A stretch of 64,000 nt of DNA from the human T2T-CHM13v2.0 reference genome, Homo sapiens. The stretch lies in assembly GCF_009914755.1 (NCBI RefSeq), contig NC_060930.1; one strand, written 5' to 3'. Of the stretch, positions 55,731 through 64,000 are shown in pieces. The first letter of the stretch is position 1; each line of letters begins with the position of its first letter. Both the position numbers and the translations under genes were made by a program. The notes under the pieces were generated by a model. It did not search any database. It saw only the letters and a program-made list of their open reading frames with translations, and was not told the origin of the DNA.

Positions 55731-56308
<578 letters not shown>

Positions 56309-56592
56309 GTTAAACTGAGAGCTAACCTGATTAAGCTCACCAAATTGAACCTGCTTGCATGCTTTTAGTTGCTTACTTCTAATTGACCTTAAAATCCCCA
56401 GTGGCTTCTTTGCAGATAACACAGCCTTGACCATAGCTCACTATAGTAACATTCGCTTAAAGAAACAGCTCTTGTCCAATTCAAGTCTACAGAGACGAAC
56501 TGGATCCCTGCCGGTGGGTAATCTGTGACATCAGAGAGCCAAAACTTCCACCCTTAGATCATGATAATGCCATCTTATTCTGCACATGGCTC

Positions 56593-57867
56593 TGTATCTG
56601 GCATTGGTTGGTTCTCGGTCTCACTGACTTCAGGAATTAAGCCACAAACCCTCGCGTGAGTGTTACAATTCTTAAAAGCAACGTGGCTACAGTTTGTTGT
56701 TTCTGATGTTTGGATGTGTTCACTGCTTCTTCCTTCTGGTTGGTTCGTGGTCTCGCTGGCTCAGGAAGGAAGCTGCAGACTTTCGTGGTGAGCGTTAAAA
56801 GCTCGTAAAGACAGTGTGGACCCAAAGAGCGAGCAGCAACAGTATTTATTACAAAAAGCAAAAAGAACAAAGCTACCACAAAGCTACCACAGAACGGAAG
56901 AGAACACGAACAAGTTGGCACTGCTAGCCCACCACCCCACCCCCGCCCGCAGCCTGCTTTTATTCTCTTATCCGGCCCCACCCACATCCTGCTGATGGGT
57001 CCATTTTACAGACAACCGATTAGTCTGTTTTACAGAGAGCTGATTGGTCCATTTTTGACAGGGTATTGATTGGTGCATTTACAATCCCTGAGCTAGACAC
57101 AAAAGTTCTCCACGTCCCCAGTAGATTAGCTAGATATAGAGTGCTGATCAATATATTTACAAACCTTGAGCTAGACACAGAGTACTGATTGGTGCATTTA
57201 CAAAGCTTGAGCTAGATACAGAGTGCTGATTGGTGTATTCACAATCCCTTAGCTAGATATAAAGTGGCTCCTACACGGGGCCACAGGTGGAGCTGCCTGC
57301 TACGCCCGCACTCTTTAGCCCTTGGGCTGGTCGATGAGACCGGGCACCGGAGAGCAGGGGGCGGCGCTCGTTCGGGAGGCTCCGGCCGCACAGGAGCCCA
57401 CGGCAAGGGGTGGGCTGGGACGCAGGCATGGCGGGGTGCGGGTCCCGAGCCCTAGTCCCTGGGGTAGCAGCTAAGGCGCCTGGAGAAATCGAGCGCAGCG
57501 CCTTTGGGTCGGTACTGCTGTGGGACCCAAAGCACCCTCCGCAGCTGCTGGCTCAGGTGCTAAGCCCCTCACTGCCTAGGGACGGCAGAGCCAGTGGGCA
57601 GGGCCGGCCGGCGGCTCCCTGTGGGGCCCAAGCCCACGCACACCGGGAGCTTTAGCTGGCCCGCAAACGCCGCGGAAGCCCCGGTTCCCGCCACACTTCC
57701 CTGCAGGCTGAGGGAGCCGGCTCCAGCCTCAGCCATCCCAGGGTAAGGGACACCCACAGTGCAGTGGTGGGCTTAAGGGCTCAAGCGCGGCCAAAGTGGG
57801 CGCCCAGGCCGAGGAGGCGCCAAGAGCAAGCGAGGGCTCAGGACTGCGAGCATGCTGTCACCTTTCA
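56593..57867 (-). mobile_element. LTR12 (ERV9) solo LTR, CpG-rich, with tandem CCAAT repeats
   Basis: Minus strand starts TGAAAGGTGACAGCATGCT and ends CCAATGCCAGATACA; ~41-bp repeats GAGCTAGACACAGAGTGCTGATTGGTGCATTTACAA. Confidence 0.92.
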
Positions 57868-58067
57868 GTTTCTATGATAAACCATGCACCCTGACTTCGC
57901 TTGGGTAGAAATCCTGATTGCATCACCTTTCCCCACATTTCAGACTACTTACTCTCCCCATAAGCACTCTCAAGCCCATTTTAGGTTAGTAGAGTTTAAT
58001 TTTGTTTTTCCATCTCCGCACAGCAGTCTCATGAATAACATCTTTTTTCTTTAGCAAAAACCGGTTG

Positions 58068-58585
58068 TGTAACTGCCGGCGGGTTCGTGCTTTCTCTAAC
58101 TTCAAAAAGCCGCGGACCTTCACAGTAAGTGTTACAGCTCTATGAAAAGGTGGCAGAGACCCAAAGAGTGAGCAGGAGCAAGATTTATTGTGAAGAGTGA
58201 AAAAACAAAGCTACCGCAGCTGCAGAAAGGGAGCTGAGCAAGTTATCCCTGTTGGCTGGGGGGTGGCCAGCTTTAATTACCTTATTTGTCCCCTCCCATG
58301 TTCCACTTATGTCCTATCAGAGTGCCCTTTTTTAATCCTCCCCGCGATTGGCTACTTTTAGACTCTTGCTGATTGGTGCGTTTTACAGAGCGTTGATTGG
58401 TGCTTTTTACACAGCACTGATTGGTGCATTTTACAATGCCCTTGCTAGTTACAGAGTGCTGATTGGTTCTTTTTACAATCCTAGGTACAGGGTGTTGATT
58501 GGTGCGTTTTACAATCCTCTTGCAAGACAGAAAAGTTCTCCAAGTTTCCACTGGACCCAGGAAGTCCAGCTGGCTTCACCTCTCA
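58068..58585 (-). mobile_element. Short LTR12-family solo LTR (LTR12F-like)
   Basis: Minus strand starts TGAGAGGTGAAGCCAGCTGGACTTCCTGGGTCCAGTGG; repeated TGATTGGTGCRTTTTACA units. Confidence 0.85.
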
Positions 58586-59105
58586 CCATGGCCACATTGG
58601 CTCCTAGCATGCAGGCAGAACGAATCTGTTCACTAACAATGGGACTACTGCTACAAACATGGTCCATCATTCACTGAGTCACTGTTTTGTGGCACATTAC
58701 TGTACATACTGCTGTGGCCTAAGTAAGTCAACCAAACAAAATAGCAGGCTAAACCTGTCAGTCAAAATGTGGGGCATTCCTGGGGCAGGCCCCCTGCAGC
58801 AGATAGTCTGGGACTTACTGAAGTGTTATTCAGAGTCTTGTTACTCAACCCACCGAAGAAGGGAGGTGAATGTGAAAAATAATCTGTAGATCTTCACAAT
58901 GTCTCTAGGGCTTGGATCTGGGAATTGACGTTGTAGAAGAGGCTGACCTCCAAAAAGACAAGATTTCTTATGTCCACTCCTTTTCTAAGTCAAAGCTTAT
59001 GAACAAATTGGAACACAAGTGATTGTGAACCACTACTGTCACCCGTCTTTTTGCAAAACTTATTTTTTGAGCCCAAGAGATTCTTCCCAGGCATGTTTTT
59101 CCTCT

Positions 59106-59143
<38 letters not shown>

Positions 59144-59323
59144 GTTCTGTAGGAAATCTAATCCATATGTTTGTTTCCTTTAGTCATCAAACTGATGCCT
59201 GGTTAATGGGAGTTCATGACCAAATACTTTTCCATTAAAACAGGAAATTATTTTTTGTTCACCGTAAACAAATTAAAACTCCAGAGATGTTTGAATCTCC
59301 TTTGAAGTGTGCTGCCCTTAAGC

Positions 59324-59622
59324 TTTTTCTTCTTTTTTTTTTTCTTTTTTTTGAGACGAAGTCTTGCTCTTGTCCCCTAGGCTAGAGTGCAATGGCGCCA
59401 TCTCGGCTCAGTGCAACCTCTGCCTCCTGGGGCTCAAACAATTCTCCTGCCTCAGCCTACCTAGTAGCTGGGATTACAGGCATGCGCCACCACACCAGGC
59501 TAATTTTTGCATTTTTTAGTAGAGACGGGGTTTCACCATGTTGGCCAGGCTGGTCTCTAACTCCTGACTTCAAGTGATCCCCACGCTTCGGCTTCCCAAA
59601 GTGCTGGGATTACAGGCACCCA
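59324..59622 (-). mobile_element. Alu SINE (AluS-like), antisense
   Basis: T-tail then antisense Alu consensus. Confidence 0.92.
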
Positions 59623-60871
59623 GCTAAACTTCAAGAGCGATCTAAACTAAAATAAGCATTTCCTAAGCCATGCTTTCAATCTCATGCTTGGCTTTTAGAG
59701 CTCCTTGTTATATACAAGCCATATACTGAGCATCAGGAACAAAAGGTAATACTGAAGCCACAAGAAAATTAGTCAACCTTGTTCGTCTTGTTAATTAACT
59801 CTTTAAAATCCTACAGAGCAATTTGAGGACTAGCTGTTCATGCCATTCATGAAAACTGATTGAAACCTTTACCACCACCTAGAGGTCATTAAACTGTACT
59901 GCAAAAACAAGAAAAAATGTTACTAAAGTGGCGCTGTAAATTCTCAGGCATTTTATGATTTTTCCATTACCACACCAAACTTACATAATACTGGATCCTT
60001 GGGAGAAGTAAATGATCTTCATAAAAGAGGCACTTTTTAAACTCCCAAACATAGAGTAAGTCAAGGAATGGGAAAGAACAGCTGGGAAAACAGGTTGTTT
60101 CAAGAATATCCCTTCCTTGAGCTAAAACTGCCACTTCCTGTACCAGCAACTAGATTTCGAAGATGCACATTCAACACCTGCTCCAGAGAGGCAGCCATCA
60201 ATGCCGCCATCTTGCTTTCTAGGGGAGAAAGGTTTGGGAGACAAACAGAAGTGAATATGCCGCGATCCAACCTTTCAATGCCTGTAGAATTTTGGCGCAC
60301 CATTCTTTTTATCTTGAACCTAGAATCCTGGCTCATTCTTGATATATTTAGGTAAGACCAGAGTGAGTCAGAAGATGCAAAGTTAATGTCTCCCATGATT
60401 TCATTCCCTATGGAAAAAAAAACTTAGAAAACATATCAAAAACTTTCCATCGGAGACTGAGAGAAAAATAAAAAGGAAAAAAATGAACAAAAGATCTCTT
60501 TTTCTTCCATGTGTTATTTTAGAGAATTATATTTAGACTTTGCCTCTGAGTAAGAATCTCAGTCTGTTTTGTGTCTGCAAAGTTGTCCGTTTTGACTAGG
60601 GTTGCTAGTGACTCTGAAACCACCTTGGGTCTACACTGGATTTCTGTGGCCTTCTATTCCATGACACTTGGAGAAAAAAGGTTAGTTATGAGCCATTGGA
60701 TACCAAGAGCCCTCCCACAATCAAATGGACTTTCTGGTTTTGGAATTGATCTCTTTCTGCCTTGGGTTTTAGAGCCCATGGCCAATGCAGCCAACTGTTA
60801 TCTAGTCTGTAGGGAATCTCACAAATCCACAGCTACTTAATAAACGATCCTCACAGGGCTAAATCATTACA

Positions 60872-60885
60872 GTGCCACCTCGTGG
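60872..60885 (-). promoter_or_regulatory. Putative CTCF binding motif
   Basis: Minus strand CCACGAGGTGGCAC fits CCASNAGRKGGCRS. Confidence 0.5.
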
Positions 60886-63070
60886 TCCAGCCTCTTGAGA
60901 GGTAACAGGCCACTGTGAGTACAATGGTGTGCCCATGGGCCACTGCCGAGAATGAGGAAGGGGAGGGCCCTGTGTGTGAAGTCATGAAATGACTGCTCTA
61001 CAGCCAGTGTCATTTGAGGCTTGTGAGCAAAATTAACAAGTAGATGTCAAGAACTAGCCTTCTTCCCAATTGAATGATTTCAAAATGAACTTGCTACAGG
61101 TGGCTTTCACTGCATGCAATGGGAAAGTGTGCATGTTTACCAGGTTTGCCCACTTTTGTGTCTGGGACTGTGGTAGGGTATCGAATAGTCTTCTGTGGCT
61201 AGAAGCTCTCTCCTTTTATAGCAATGCCAGGAGCATAGTTGGCTCCAGAGATCTCGGATCATTTCAGCTTTCTGCTCAAGAAAATTGCCCCACACCCAAC
61301 TTACTTATTTGAAACTCAACGACAATAAAGTTTACTGAGACATTCTGCCAATAATTAACTGCCTTGGGGCCCAGGGTATTTAGATCAGGGTTCAGCAACC
61401 TTCTTTCATTTAAGGGAGGCCTTTTAGACCTCCTTGGATGAAAGCAATGAGAGTTCTCCATGGAAAGAATTGGTGTGCTTTAGAAACAAAAGCCCAAAGC
61501 AACAGATGAGTGGGCTTGAGGCATCTCTTTTAAATTAATTGAAATGAGAATGGCAAGAAAAAAGCAATGGAAGAGTTGTGGACGTGTTATATTATATATT
61601 TGCCATAAAGCCTCTTTCAGTAACACCCACGATAACGGGGGAAAAGACAGTGTCACTGGGATCTCCATTGGATGAGGATTGCACGGACTGAGTTGGAATC
61701 GTGCTAAGGTGAGAGTCTCTGGAGTTCCACTTGGTGGTTCTACACCTAGATAGGGACCATAATCAAAAGAGTGCTATGCAAAGACTCATACTCAGAGATG
61801 TCTCCTAAACCATGGATAAGCCAAGAAGAGCACTGAAAGTCACGAGTTAAACCAAGAGCGGGTTGTCTGACCAAACTTTGCAACCCCTAGGGGAAGTCAG
61901 AAGGGGAAAAGGAGGAGAGAGCTGGGCCCCCAAGAATCTACTGCCCCGGTACCAATTTCAAGATGCATCCTCCTACTAAAAAGGGCCATCTAGACTGTAT
62001 GTTTTCCATTAAGAAAACTGCAACTCACAATCTATTTAAATTACAATGCAAAAGTGAGGCCCCAGGACTAAAATGTGAATTTGAGAGGCTTAGATCTAGT
62101 AAAGTGGTTTCCATCAGAAATGGCTGAGAAATGTGACTTTTGTTTGTTTATTTGTTTAGATTTTAGGATAGGAAGAAGCAGAAATAAAAACTCTTTAAAC
62201 GTATTTTAGATTTTGTGATATGAAGACCTGGTATTTCTCTAGAGTTTCAAATGGAGTGTTTAGTCTTCTATGATGATGGTGATTGGTGTGGTCAAGATTA
62301 TTATAACTAATTACAACCATTTGTAGGGAATGTTAAGCACTTCATAAAGCACTGGATTCATGGGTTTTGTGGTATACCCTTTTCTAAAGAATTTGGTTTT
62401 TTCATCTTATGCTATCACAGACACTCCTTAAAAATATGCAGTCAAAAATACTATTTATATGTGCGGAAACCAAAACATCCATTGTTAAATGAGAGATCTC
62501 GGGGCATCCAGGGTGTCGTTTGACCAGGGACATTGTCTCCTGACTCTTGTCCTGTTATAGTCACCACTGAATAAAGATCTCTCCCCACCCTGCCCCTTCC
62601 TGCAGTTGCCTGTTAATGGCACCTAGCTTTCCTGTGCAATTTTAGTCATGCTTGCTTGGGCCTCCACTACCCTTACATTAGTGAAATGGCCTGGTCTTGA
62701 GCTTGTAGGAGGCAGTGACATCACTGGGTAGAGGGAAGCACAATCTGTATCTACATGTTCCTCTATCGTTGAAAAGACTAGATTCCCTAACAGTTCTTCC
62801 ATTCATAGCATTTAACTGTCCTTTCTAAAAGATCACCTTTCACCTTCCCACCACAGAAACTGCAAAGAGTTATAAACTCTTTAAGTTTAAAAAGTTGATA
62901 TTAAAGAACAAGTCCTTGTTTTAGAATTAAAGTTCTCAGCTTGAAGGCTGTCCTATCTTCCCTGTAGCCCAAAGTGTATACTCTTGGCCAGCAAAGGTGA
63001 CCCACTAGCCACTGTTGTGGTAGAATTTTCCCAACAGGTACTAAAACCTGTGAAGTCAAAGAAAAGTGTG

Positions 63071-63357
63071 GGCCTGGTGCAGTGGCACATGCCTGTAATC
63101 CCAGCACTTTGGGAGGCCTAGGCAGGTGACCACGAGGTCAAGAGATCGAGACCATCCTGGCCAACATGCTGACACCCCGTCTCTACTAAAAATACAAAAA
63201 TTACCTGGGCGTGGTGGAGCGCACCTGTAGTCCCAGCTACTCGGGAGGCTGAGGCAGGAGAATCGCTTGAACCCAGGAGGTGGAGGTTGCAGTCAGCGAG
63301 ATCGTGCCGCTGCACTGCGGTCTGGCAAAAGAGCGAGACTGCACCTCAAAAAAAAAG
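63071..63357 (+). mobile_element. Alu SINE (AluSc/Y-like)
   Basis: Full Alu; flanks AAAAGTGTG / AAAAGTGCG. Confidence 0.92.
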
Positions 63358-64000
63358 TGCGACTACTCTGCCAGCTCCCCATGCATTTGCTAGCTAATAA
63401 CAATTAAAAATTGAATTGAATTGAGTTGAATTGCACTAAATTGAAATGTCTTGAATGATGGCTGATTCGTGCTTGGGTAACAAATGTTTACTCATTTATT
63501 CATGCAAGAAAATCCTGCCATCATGAAGCTCATGGTCAAACAAATGTCTTTCAGAAAAGATTCCCAAGGGCACAGTGGGGATGGAGAAAAGCATTAGGAA
63601 ATCTAAAAAATATAGAGCCCATACTTGCCAAATAAATACGACAAGGTCAACCTTATCATAGCAATAGAGGAGGAAGTATATTAGAAGCAATGAAAAAATT
63701 ACACCTAAAATATGGCAACTTGAAATTTTTTAGGTTTTACTTACGGAGGCTTACATTTCTGTGCAACTAAAAGATTTCAAAAAAGGGACACATCGGAGGG
63801 ATCTTAGGGACATGCTTAAACATAATGAAGATTTTGGAATCAAAGCATGTGTTGCAGAGTAGGCTGTTCATTTTGGTTTGGGCTGGAATTATTTCCAGGA
63901 ACACAGATCGGCTAAGTTCATAAAACAAAAGCTCCAGTTCCAACAGTATGGACTTTGAGCAGATTTCACTACTCAGACCAGAACATAAACTTGAAAGGAA

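Noticed and set aside
57040-57262. Regular ~41-bp repeats superficially resembling a CRISPR array (also 58365-58515)
   Set aside because: No unique spacers; these are the internal NF-Y tandem repeats of LTR12 in primate DNA
60068-60396. Overlapping 95-98 aa ORFs on both strands in unique sequence
   Set aside because: No recognisable homology or consistent exon structure; length is within chance expectation

Overview
Eukaryotic (human or very close great-ape) genomic DNA. It contains the complete 7-exon MYLIP/IDOL gene on the + strand, the FERM-RING E3 ligase that degrades LDLR. ATG is at 5900, stop ends at 23338, the spliced CDS is 1338 nt (445 aa), and the polyA signal is at 24817. About 39 kb of repeat-rich intergenic DNA follows. 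Other recognisable loci are the intronic hairpin MIR4639 ending exactly at the exon 3 acceptor, a 3'-truncated U3 snoRNA retrocopy just past the polyA site, and processed pseudogenes of PERP and MRPL42. Many Alu, L1, L2, MIR, MaLR/ERV LTR and DNA-transposon remnants fill the rest. There are no prokaryote-type systems and no CRISPR. The most unusual structures are: (1) a ~288-bp, ~98% identical direct repeat bracketing the in-frame exon 3 plus MIR4639; (2) an inverted pair of LXR-type DR4 elements in intron 2, one 15/16 identical to the ABCA1 LXRE; (3) a GC-AG intron with a competing GT 4 nt downstream; (4) two perfect fold-back palindromes (46-bp and 36-bp arms) inside old, diverged repeats; (5) two LTR12-family LTRs nested in an older LTR. 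Repeat subfamily names and rsIDs are from memory and need RepeatMasker/dbSNP confirmation.
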